DNA from: an uncultured virus (IMG/VR IMGVR_UViG_3300030329_002891)
Taxonomy: Duplodnaviria > Heunggongvirae > Uroviricota > Caudoviricetes
Reading direction: 5' to 3' (one strand)
Length of the DNA: 64,000 bases
IMG/VR virus record: IMGVR_UViG_3300030329_002891
Shown here: in pieces, positions 25,491 through 34,021 of the stretch
How the letters are laid out: the number at the start of each line of letters is the position of its first letter
Position numbering within the stretch: position 1 is the stretch's first letter
Notes under the pieces: generated by a model
What the model was told of the DNA's origin: nothing
The model's input: only the letters and a program-made list of their open reading frames with translations
Database searches by the model: none
Made by a program: the position numbers and the translations under genes

Positions 25491-27026
25491 ATGGCAAATA
25501 TGTATACAGGCACTTATGGTGCTGGAACAACTGCCGAGAATGCTCTTAACACAGCGTTAATGCAATACCCAGAGATTGCTAGAACGCTTATTAAGCAGTA
25601 TCCTCGTTATGCGGCGACTTATCTTTTAGAAAGAACAGGTCGTTATGCAACAGAGAAAGTCCTAGGGGACAACTCTTTTGAATGGAAAGTGATGGGTAGA
25701 TATAATGCTCCATCATATTCTACTGGTTATGTTAAAGGTGTATCTGCTGATACTTCTTGGACTAATTCATTAACAACAACTACTGGAGCTGTTTGGGATG
25801 CTGCTGATGCAAATGGCGACCAATTTGAAGTTCTTATTGACGGAACGGCTACAGGAAGAACTCCTGACTTCTTAAATAAGTGGGATATGGTAAGATTCCA
25901 ATCTGGAGCTACTGCACTTGTAATTGAAGATCCTAGATCTAACGATTCAGGACAAGGTGCTTCTACTGATAGAATTGTAAAATTTGAAATGGTAGATGGT
26001 GCGTCAAATTCTGCTGTAGAAACTGATTTCGCTGATGAGGCTATTATAGCTTCTATTGGTTCTGCATTCCCTAACGGGTCTGACGGTGCTGATGTAGGTG
26101 AGAACTGGGTATATCCATCAACTCATACGAATTGGTTAACTACAATGCGTAAGAAATGTTCAGTAACTGGTAAAGACTTAACTGATGTAACTTGGATTGA
26201 AAATAACGGTTCAAAACTTTGGTACTTTACTAGAGAGCAACAAATGATGGATGAGTTTATGTACCAACAAGAGCTTCAAAGATGGTATGGTAGAAAGTCA
26301 GTAACAGACACTACAATACAAAGACCAGGAGCTTATACTTCATCTGCTATAGGTACTTCTGGTACTATGGCTTCTTCAGTTGTAACTGGAGATGGTTTAT
26401 TAGCTCAAATTGATTCTTCTAACCAAGCTTCTTATTCAATGGGATCTTTAACTGAAGATATTATCACTGAATTTATCGCTAAGATTTCATTAAACGCAAC
26501 TGCTGCTGAAGGTAACGAGTGGGTTGTATTTACTGGAACTGAAGGTAGATTAGCATTCCACAAAGCTATGAAAGATCTTATTGTTGCTCCTGCTGGTGCA
26601 ATGACAGGTGGTTCAATGAAAGGTGTAAGTGGAGACGTTCATCTTGGAGCAAACTTTGCTTCTTATAGTGCATTAGGTAACAAAATTACTGTTGCTTACT
26701 GCCCTGTATTTGATGATCCTAATTTACACTCTACTGCTAGTGGAACTAATTCATTTGGTGACAACAGATTGAAAGAATCTGCTAAGATGGTATTTATGGA
26801 CTTCGGAAAAACTTCTGGTGTTTCTAACGTTGAGTTAGTTACTAAAGGAGCTGAAGGAGTTAACAGAAGTATGATCAAGAAGTATGTAGCTGGAATGGTG
26901 AATCCTTATGACCAAAAAGCAATGTTAGCTGCTAACGCTGATGACAAATTTGAATGCCACGTGCTTTCAGAAACTGGAATCATTGTTAGAAACCCATTGT
27001 CTTGTGGTATCTTAAGCGCATCGTAA
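25491..27026 (+). CDS. Major capsid protein
   Basis: 511 aa; FEWKVMG, GDGLLAQI, VFTGTEG, CPVFDD, GIIVRNP as in crAss-like capsid proteins; strong codon bias; UUCG hairpin downstream. Confidence 0.85.
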   Translation: MANMYTGTYGAGTTAENALNTALMQYPEIARTLIKQYPRYAATYLLERTGRYATEKVLGDNSFEWKVMGRYNAPSYSTGYVKGVSADTSWTNSLTTTTGAVWDAADANGDQFEVLIDGTATGRTPDFLNKWDMVRFQSGATALVIEDPRSNDSGQGASTDRIVKFEMVDGASNSAVETDFADEAIIASIGSAFPNGSDGADVGENWVYPSTHTNWLTTMRKKCSVTGKDLTDVTWIENNGSKLWYFTREQQMMDEFMYQQELQRWYGRKSVTDTTIQRPGAYTSSAIGTSGTMASSVVTGDGLLAQIDSSNQASYSMGSLTEDIITEFIAKISLNATAAEGNEWVVFTGTEGRLAFHKAMKDLIVAPAGAMTGGSMKGVSGDVHLGANFASYSALGNKITVAYCPVFDDPNLHSTASGTNSFGDNRLKESAKMVFMDFGKTSGVSNVELVTKGAEGVNRSMIKKYVAGMVNPYDQKAMLAANADDKFECHVLSETGIIVRNPLSCGILSAS

Positions 27027-27047
27027 TTAATTTAATAATTTGATAGA

Positions 27048-27065
27048 GGGAGGTTTCGGCCTCCC
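27048..27065 (+). terminator. UUCG stem-loop after the capsid gene (weak terminator or mRNA stabiliser)
   Basis: GGGAGGT-TTCG-GCCTCCC, no U-tract. Confidence 0.55.
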
Positions 27066-27088
27066 AATATCGCCTAAAAAAATAAAAA

Positions 27089-27553
27089 ATGGCAAATTAT
27101 TTAGATATTTCAACAAAATCTGTTAATGCTGGCCAAGGCAGACTTCCTAAGTTTAGAGGTCATATCTATCCAACAATAACAGTAACAACAAGCGCAAGAA
27201 CATTGTATGACTATGAAAGTGGTTCTATAGTATTCTTGACAATTTCTGGTAGTAGTGATGTAGCTATTACATTACCTGCTGTAGGTCAGGCTGGACTTTG
27301 GTTCAGATTTATAGCAACAGCTAGTCCTTCTGGATCTGGCGATGCTGTAATTACTTCTGCGGCTGGTGATGATATAAATTACTTTGAAGGCCCTGATGCG
27401 GATGCAGACGGTAATTTAACTGCTGCTTCTGACACTGTAACATTAGAGGCTGCTGCTCTAGGTGGTGAGGTTATAGATTTCGTTTCTGACGGAACAACAT
27501 GGCACGCACATGGATATGTAGGTTCTCATAACGCAACGTCTACTGCTGGATAA
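27089..27553 (+). CDS. Putative capsid decoration/auxiliary protein
   Basis: ESGSIVFL...ITLPA...GLWFRFI...IDFVSDGTTW; paralog of the next gene. Confidence 0.6.
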   Translation: MANYLDISTKSVNAGQGRLPKFRGHIYPTITVTTSARTLYDYESGSIVFLTISGSSDVAITLPAVGQAGLWFRFIATASPSGSGDAVITSAAGDDINYFEGPDADADGNLTAASDTVTLEAAALGGEVIDFVSDGTTWHAHGYVGSHNATSTAG

Positions 27554-27670
27554 TAATTAATTAATTGGTATTTGTGAATAGATAGCCTATGCGCATGAAT
27601 ACCTTAGTAAATAACTAGATAAAGGGGGGTAAAAAATAAAAAACCCCCCAATATCACAAAACTTTTTAAA

Positions 27671-28168
27671 ATGGCTTTAAAATTTAGTTTTAACAAATTA
27701 AGAACAGCGGTAGCTGGATTCTTAACAGGTACAGACGTTGATGGAGCTAGCTTAGCTGCTGGCGAAGAAGCGGTATATGTGCCAAAATTACGTTCTGCAA
27801 AAATTGTAGAGCAATTAACTGGTGACACAACACTAACTGCTGAAGACAGTGGTAAAGTATTTATTGTTTCGCAGGCAGCTGCAGATGATGTTACTATTCC
27901 TGCTGTAACAATGTCAGGATGGAATGCTAAATTCATTGTAGGTACTGCTGGTGGTAATGATGTAGATATTATCGGAGGAACTGCTGATAAAATGGTTGGT
28001 TTAGAAATGGCTGACACCAATACTGCGATTACTGCAGATTCAGATAAGGTTACTTTTGACGCATCTAATGCGGGAGTAGGTGACTGGATAGAAGTTGTTA
28101 GTGATGGATCAAATTATTATGTGACACATGCTTCTGTGGCTGATGCTGGAGCTGAGCATAGTGGATAG
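27671..28168 (+). CDS. Putative capsid decoration/auxiliary protein (paralog)
   Basis: DSGKVFIV...VTIPA...GWNAKFI...IEVVSDGSNY. Confidence 0.6.
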   Translation: MALKFSFNKLRTAVAGFLTGTDVDGASLAAGEEAVYVPKLRSAKIVEQLTGDTTLTAEDSGKVFIVSQAAADDVTIPAVTMSGWNAKFIVGTAGGNDVDIIGGTADKMVGLEMADTNTAITADSDKVTFDASNAGVGDWIEVVSDGSNYYVTHASVADAGAEHSG

Positions 28169-28194
28169 TAGTTTGTAATGTAAATTTGAGTTTC

Positions 28195-28214
28195 GGGGGA
28201 GCTTCGGTTCCCCC
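28195..28214 (+). terminator. UUCG stem-loop
   Basis: GGGGGAGC-TTCG-GTTCCCCC. Confidence 0.55.
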
Positions 28215-28234
28215 AAAATTCTTATCTTTGTAAA

Positions 28235-28432
28235 ATGAGAACAAAATTAGTAGTAAGAAACGGGAAAGTAGTAGAGTTAAAAGAGGGTGAATTTGAAGAA
28301 CCTAAAGGTCCGCAAGTGTTTTCAATAGGAGGCAAATCTGGATTTAAATGGAAAAAAGAATCATCTAATAAAACTTGGATAGAGAACGGAAACGTTGTAA
28401 AAGAGAGAAAAGGTAAAAGAGTAAACAATTAA
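28235..28432 (+). CDS. Small hypothetical protein
   Basis: ATG 4 nt after TATCTTTG; internal repeat RNGKVVE / ENGNVVK. Confidence 0.55.
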   Translation: MRTKLVVRNGKVVELKEGEFEEPKGPQVFSIGGKSGFKWKKESSNKTWIENGNVVKERKGKRVNN

Positions 28433-28460
28433 CAGGGAGTATTAATAAAAAAGAAAAAAA

Positions 28461-29231
28461 ATGAAAAAACACATTGTATTAATCAAATCAAACAAACCAG
28501 ACAAATTTAATTATTGTAAATTCGGTAATTATAAGGACAAAAAAGGAAGAAATATAAACTTAGTAGATGTTAATGATCAAATGACAGATGGCTATGAAAT
28601 GCTTCAAGCTGTACTATCTTTGGATATTAATGACAAGCAGGACAATAGAGTTTATACATTTTTAAAAGATCATCCTTTAATAAGTAAATTTACTATTGAG
28701 GATTTAAGAGCAAACGAAGAAAAAAATGCTGAAGGCGCTTTAAAAAGCGCAGAAGCAATAACTAAAGCAACAGACCTGTCTATAAATGCTATGAAGGATT
28801 TAGCTTTATTAATGGGTATGGATCCTGATTTAGATGACACTATGTTAAAGGCAAAAATAATACAATTTGCTAATTTAAAGCCTGAAAAATTCTTAGATTT
28901 AACAGACGATATAGATCAAGAGTATAGAGTATTCTTAAAGAAAGCTGAAAACAAAAAGGTGTTAACAAGAATTAATGGCGTATGGAAAAACGGATCTTTA
29001 AATATTGGTTTATCAGATGAGCAAGCTATTGTTTGGTTAAAAGATAATGCCGATATATATGCTTTACTTAGAAAACAAGTTAGAACAGGAAAGGTTGAGG
29101 AGATTATAGAACAGCCTGTTATGCAAGAAGAGATGGCTATAGAAGCAAAGCCTACAAGTATATCAGGTTCTTCAATTAATCAGATGGAGCAAGAAACAAA
29201 AAAAAGCTGGTTTAATAGAAAAAATAAATAA
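28461..29231 (+). CDS. Conserved crAss-like hypothetical protein
   Basis: 256-aa ORF between head and tail-ring genes. Confidence 0.6.
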   Translation: MKKHIVLIKSNKPDKFNYCKFGNYKDKKGRNINLVDVNDQMTDGYEMLQAVLSLDINDKQDNRVYTFLKDHPLISKFTIEDLRANEEKNAEGALKSAEAITKATDLSINAMKDLALLMGMDPDLDDTMLKAKIIQFANLKPEKFLDLTDDIDQEYRVFLKKAENKKVLTRINGVWKNGSLNIGLSDEQAIVWLKDNADIYALLRKQVRTGKVEEIIEQPVMQEEMAIEAKPTSISGSSINQMEQETKKSWFNRKNK

Positions 29232-29233
29232 TA

Positions 29234-30166
29234 ATGAATATAGCGGAAATGCATTCATGGTTTGACATCCTTCAAGATAAAGGAGATTCACCATATTTTA
29301 CAACAGATGAAAAAACTCAGTTCTTGAATAGAGCGCAAATGAAATTTGTTAATGAGCATTTAAATAAATTTTTACTTGCTTCAGGAGCACAACCAGAAAA
29401 GAATGCAGTTCCCTATAGTAACATGGAGTCTATCCAAATGGGTGAGGATGCTTTAGGTCCGCTTATTACATCTTTACAAACAGGTAGTAATCATGTTTAC
29501 ACTACTCTTGGGCATGATGGGGCTTTTTCTCCAGCTTTATCATCAGCATCAACATTTACTGAAAAACAATTAAATCATTATGTGCAAGGAATGCTTAAGG
29601 TAAGAAATAGTAACTCTTATAATGCATCTACTTGGAAAAAAACAAAGATGATTAGTATTTTAAGTGTAACATGGTTTGTTAGTAATGATGATGTAAATAT
29701 AAGATACGTTAGACATCAAGATCTTTTAAAGATAGAAAAGAATGCTTTTAAAAAGCCTACAGTGCAAGATCCAGTATATACTCAAAGAATATCTAATGAA
29801 GACGGTAGAGTTTGGCAAGTAATACCAGGAATTAGACCTAATAATGCTGGAGCATCAGATAGCGGTGTGGCTAATTTGTGGGATAATAGTGGGGTACCAT
29901 ACACTTTTGCAGACATACCTTCTGCTAATTTAAATGCCGTAAGGTTAAACATTACTGTAATAAGAGAGCCTTTAGAAATGTTTTATGATCCTGCAACTTT
30001 TGAGGACTATCCTTCGTCAGCAAATGATAATGTAAGTTGTGAGCTTCCAGATTTTACACACGATGAGATTATGGCTATAGCTTTAGATGACGCAGGTGTA
30101 GCAAGTAGAGATCAGGCGTTAGTACAATTAAATCAAGCGTCCAAATCTAATATAACACCACAATAA
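29234..30166 (+). CDS. Tail ring / head-tail connector protein
   Basis: EKTQFLNRAQ...CELPDFTHDEIMAIA. Confidence 0.7.
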   Translation: MNIAEMHSWFDILQDKGDSPYFTTDEKTQFLNRAQMKFVNEHLNKFLLASGAQPEKNAVPYSNMESIQMGEDALGPLITSLQTGSNHVYTTLGHDGAFSPALSSASTFTEKQLNHYVQGMLKVRNSNSYNASTWKKTKMISILSVTWFVSNDDVNIRYVRHQDLLKIEKNAFKKPTVQDPVYTQRISNEDGRVWQVIPGIRPNNAGASDSGVANLWDNSGVPYTFADIPSANLNAVRLNITVIREPLEMFYDPATFEDYPSSANDNVSCELPDFTHDEIMAIALDDAGVASRDQALVQLNQASKSNITPQ

Positions 30167-30167
30167 T

Positions 30168-30926
30168 ATGACTATAACAGAAATGCATTCTTGGTTTGAT
30201 GTATTGCAAATGAAAGGCAATAATATTGATTTTACACTAAGAGAAAAAGATTATATTTTAAATAGAGCTCAATTAAAATATGTAAATCAAATGGTGTATA
30301 AGGTTTACATACCTTCTCTATACAGGCAGGAAAAAGCTCAAAACGTATATTCTTTATCTGAATCTACAGCTGATGGGTTTGAGCAGATAAGACCACTTAT
30401 TAGAGAGGTAAATGTAAATTCTCTTTCAACCGCTACAGGAGCGGCTCATGTAGGGGATATAACCTATGCAAGTATACAAAGTGCTTTAAACACACAATCG
30501 CTTCAAGCTCCTTATAGTTATCCATCTGGTTATAGCGATTCTATTGTTATGGTTGTTTTAGGTATTAATCACGCAAATGATGGCTACAGATTACGCTTTG
30601 TTAAAAATTTTGAAGCTCAAAAATATACACAAAATATCTTTAGACGGCCAAAAAGTCATCAACCTATATATACAATGAATGGAGATATAATAAGAATTAT
30701 GCCAGATGATGACGCTGGTGATCCTTATGTTGTTCAGGTTATAAAAGAGCCTATAAAGATGTTTTTAGATATGACAGGAAATAATAGTATAGATTGCGAA
30801 TTGCCTGATTCTTGTCATGATGAAATTATGGCGATAGCTCTTGATGATGCTGGAATAGCTACAAGAGATCAGGCTTTAATGCAATTAAACGCTGCAAACA
30901 AGAAGGATATAACTGCAGCAAGTTAA
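30168..30926 (+). CDS. Tail ring protein (paralog)
   Basis: EKDYILNRAQ...CELPDSCHDEIMAIALDDAG; termini nearly identical to the previous gene. Confidence 0.7.
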   Translation: MTITEMHSWFDVLQMKGNNIDFTLREKDYILNRAQLKYVNQMVYKVYIPSLYRQEKAQNVYSLSESTADGFEQIRPLIREVNVNSLSTATGAAHVGDITYASIQSALNTQSLQAPYSYPSGYSDSIVMVVLGINHANDGYRLRFVKNFEAQKYTQNIFRRPKSHQPIYTMNGDIIRIMPDDDAGDPYVVQVIKEPIKMFLDMTGNNSIDCELPDSCHDEIMAIALDDAGIATRDQALMQLNAANKKDITAAS

Positions 30927-30961
30927 AAAATATATGAGGAACTCTTTTGCTCCCTGCTGTG

Positions 30962-31000
30962 AAGAATAGGTTGAAACTAAATTAGTGGAGACCTATTCTT
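30962..31000 (+). terminator. Intergenic stem-loop
   Basis: AAGAATAGGT...ACCTATTCTT with inner ACTAA/TTAGT. Confidence 0.5.
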
Positions 31001-31046
31001 GTTATATGTAAATAATTAATTAAATTTGTAAAACCGAACTTATATC

Positions 31047-31985
31047 ATGATAACTCTCAACCAAATAGCGTATAATATACAAGATTTAATGTATCCTAAT
31101 ACATTAACATTAGAAGGTGAGGCTCCTATAGCACAAATAAAACATTGGATTCATTATCATAGAGCAAAATTAATAGAGGAAAACGTTAGTAAGGGTATTT
31201 TATCTAACAATAATTTATATCAACGTACAACTCTTACGAAGACTCCAATTGCTTATGATGGTGTAGATACTGATACGATAATACATGAAGGATACCAAAC
31301 TAATCCTATTTTAAATTTTACAATGGATCATTTAGATTTTTACGGAAGAAAAATATCTAAAACACAAGATAGAGGAGATTGGAGAAATTTAGGCTACGTA
31401 CCTTTAAATATGCCAGAAATTATTAACCTTCCTAATGATATAGGGTTAACAATTAATATGTCAAGGAGAGTGCATGACAAAGTTGGTTCAATGTCAAGCT
31501 CTAAGCCTCCTAAATTGATTGCGTTATATCGTAAATCAATAGCAGAGAAAAATTTTGGAGATTTTAATAAGTTTACAAAAAATGACAAGCCTTATTATAC
31601 TGTTGAAAGACAGATGTCAATTTACAATCCAATATCTCCTAACCATTTATCTCATAATGCTCGTTTGAATGGAAATACATTAGTAATGGTTAATGGATTG
31701 CAAATAAGTCCAAACAATTACGGAGATTTAGAAATGCCCGCGGGAGAAGATATAATTTTTGCGTATAGATTTTTTATAAATTTTATATTACAAGACCCTA
31801 CACAAATAGAAGAAGATGTGGGTGGTTTTTGGAGTCATGAAGGTGGTGGTCAAGGAGAGTTCCAAAAATTTGACGATGATACTACTCCATACCCTATACC
31901 TAGCCAATATGTAAAAGATTTAATAGAAAGAGTGGTAGCTGTAGAAGGAAACACAGTATTAAAAACTATGCAAAATGAGTCATAA
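31047..31985 (+). CDS. Tail ring-type structural protein
   Basis: MITLNQIAYNI...IKHWIHYHRAKLI...ILQDPT...DDTTPYPI. Confidence 0.6.
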   Translation: MITLNQIAYNIQDLMYPNTLTLEGEAPIAQIKHWIHYHRAKLIEENVSKGILSNNNLYQRTTLTKTPIAYDGVDTDTIIHEGYQTNPILNFTMDHLDFYGRKISKTQDRGDWRNLGYVPLNMPEIINLPNDIGLTINMSRRVHDKVGSMSSSKPPKLIALYRKSIAEKNFGDFNKFTKNDKPYYTVERQMSIYNPISPNHLSHNARLNGNTLVMVNGLQISPNNYGDLEMPAGEDIIFAYRFFINFILQDPTQIEEDVGGFWSHEGGGQGEFQKFDDDTTPYPIPSQYVKDLIERVVAVEGNTVLKTMQNES

Positions 31986-32409
31986 GTATAAAGATAAATA
32001 TGTATCAATAAAAGATATTTATAAAAGTATAAGAGCTTCTTTTGGTAAATATTTTCTTTATTGTAAAAAAAGAGATCGTAAGCTTTATAAAAGCGTTGAT
32101 TATGGAATCTATTATAATATTATAAAAAGATTTTGTGAAATACTAATAAGAGATACAGCTATTAGAGATAGAAAAGTTTATCTTCCAAATCAAATGGGAT
32201 ATATTTATCTAGGAGAAAGGCCACATAAAAGAGCATTTCATTATAGAATAGATAACGAAGCTACAAAAGAAGCAGGACAAACAGTAAGATATAGAGTTCC
32301 TATATTAGACGACTTTTACAAAAAGTTAATTTGGGTAAGACCAACAAAATATAGAAATTGTAAAATAATGCCTTTAGGGTATTCAAAAAGAATAATAAAT
32401 AAAAATTAA
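31975..32409 (+). CDS. Divergent IHF/HU-like protein of the crAss-like structural module
   Basis: Basic; YYNIIKRFCEIL...VYLPNQMGYIYL...IDNEATK; syntenic position. Confidence 0.55.
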   Translation: MSHKYKDKYVSIKDIYKSIRASFGKYFLYCKKRDRKLYKSVDYGIYYNIIKRFCEILIRDTAIRDRKVYLPNQMGYIYLGERPHKRAFHYRIDNEATKEAGQTVRYRVPILDDFYKKLIWVRPTKYRNCKIMPLGYSKRIINKN

Positions 32410-32414
32410 ATAAA

Positions 32415-32894
32415 ATGGCTACAAGAATAACAGGAGGAACATTAACTGTAACAATTACTGAGTCTTTAACTATGACTCATGCTACTAGTGCTGATAATAG
32501 AACTCATAGTCAAACTATAACCAAAACCTTTGCTGGTATTGATAATTTAGAAAAAAGAGTATTAAATTTACCAAATACCAATCAAGTGGAAATAGCTTCA
32601 CTTGGAGCAACTGCTGCGGCTGGTCTTGGAGTTTATAAAAGAGCAAGCATTGCTTATATTAGAATAACAAATTTAGATGATACAAATGGAGTTGCTGTAA
32701 TATTAGAAGATACAGGAGCAGATACTGCCGCTATATTGGTTGATCCTGATTCTACATTAATGTTAACTGATACACAAATAGAAGCGTTTACAGATGGAAG
32801 CGCTTTTTCTGGATGGAGTGATATAGATCAAATATTTTTAAAAGCAGCTTCTGCAAATACACAGGTAGAGGTGGTAATAGCAACAACAGAATAA
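32415..32894 (+). CDS. Putative structural protein
   Basis: Beta-rich; YIRITNLDDTN. Confidence 0.5.
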   Translation: MATRITGGTLTVTITESLTMTHATSADNRTHSQTITKTFAGIDNLEKRVLNLPNTNQVEIASLGATAAAGLGVYKRASIAYIRITNLDDTNGVAVILEDTGADTAAILVDPDSTLMLTDTQIEAFTDGSAFSGWSDIDQIFLKAASANTQVEVVIATTE

Positions 32895-32898
32895 TATT

Positions 32899-34020
32899 AT
32901 GCATGTACATATAGACAGAGTATTTACAACAGTATCTAGAAATTTAGGGCTAGAGGATTTTACAAGGTATACTAATAGCTGGATAGAATGGGCATATGAA
33001 GCAGAAAAGTTAATCGGAAGTAAAGATACCTTTGTTCAAAAAGAAGCCACTTATGATTCTACAGGAGCTAAAGCATCTGGAACTATAACATTTGCAGCCA
33101 ATCCTACATCTGGAGACTCTATTACTTTAAACGGTGTAGAATTATACTTTAAAACTGCAAGCAATTGGGGTGAAGCTATATCTCCAAATGAATTTAAAAT
33201 AGACTCTACATTAGCTTTAACTCTTTCAGATACAACTACATCTCCTTATGGGGTTTTACAAAGTTTAAAAGGATTTACTGGAACTGGCACTAGCCCTATG
33301 ACAGGTAGCTTGCAAGATGTAAGCGCTGTTTTACACTATCCTGAAGCTTTAAACATAGCAGACTATACAGTAGATACTTCAGCAGGAACTTTAACTATTA
33401 CAGCAAAAGAAATAGGTCCTAATGGAAATGATTATACATTAGCTTCAGATAATGCAAATGCTAAAGTAAGCGGATTATCATTAACAGGAGGTAAGGGAAT
33501 ATATAGAAACCAACAAATAACTTTACCAGAAGACAACATAAAATTATTAGGGGTAAGAGTGGGAACAGATGCTGCAAATCATGAGCATGCAGAATTAAGA
33601 AAAACTTCAGCTGTTCATAGAGGAAGAGTTGGTAAAAAAACAGATGATTCTGAGCAAAGAGCATTTAGATATTATATTGACGGAAATAGACTTAATATAC
33701 AACATGATAATTTAGATGAGATAACAATTGTTTATTTGGCATACCCTAAAGATGTGAGGGGGTGGCCTATGATTAAAGAAGGTCATGAAACTGCAGTTGC
33801 TCAATATATAATGTGGCAAATGAAATTAATAGAATTTTATAATGGTAAGCTTCCTCAATATATAACTAAAGATTTAGAAAAAAGATGGTACTTTTTGTGT
33901 GGTAAGGCTAGAGGTGATGATAGTATGCCTACAACAGAAGAATTAAAACAAATCGGTAATATGTGGAATACATTAGTGCCTATTACAAATGATAGAGGAG
34001 GAGGGTTAATAGATTTCTAA
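32899..34020 (+). CDS. Tail ring/tubular protein with an inserted beta-rich domain
   Basis: IEWAYEAEKLIG...YYIDGN...IVYLAYPKDVRGWPMI core, interrupted by an insert of about 145 aa. Confidence 0.65.
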   Translation: MHVHIDRVFTTVSRNLGLEDFTRYTNSWIEWAYEAEKLIGSKDTFVQKEATYDSTGAKASGTITFAANPTSGDSITLNGVELYFKTASNWGEAISPNEFKIDSTLALTLSDTTTSPYGVLQSLKGFTGTGTSPMTGSLQDVSAVLHYPEALNIADYTVDTSAGTLTITAKEIGPNGNDYTLASDNANAKVSGLSLTGGKGIYRNQQITLPEDNIKLLGVRVGTDAANHEHAELRKTSAVHRGRVGKKTDDSEQRAFRYYIDGNRLNIQHDNLDEITIVYLAYPKDVRGWPMIKEGHETAVAQYIMWQMKLIEFYNGKLPQYITKDLEKRWYFLCGKARGDDSMPTTEELKQIGNMWNTLVPITNDRGGGLIDF

Positions 34021-34021
34021 A

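Noticed and set aside
28431..30957. Long-range complementarity CAGGGAG (28433) with CTCCCTG (30950)
   Set aside because: Only about 9 bp across 2.5 kb, which is compatible with chance.
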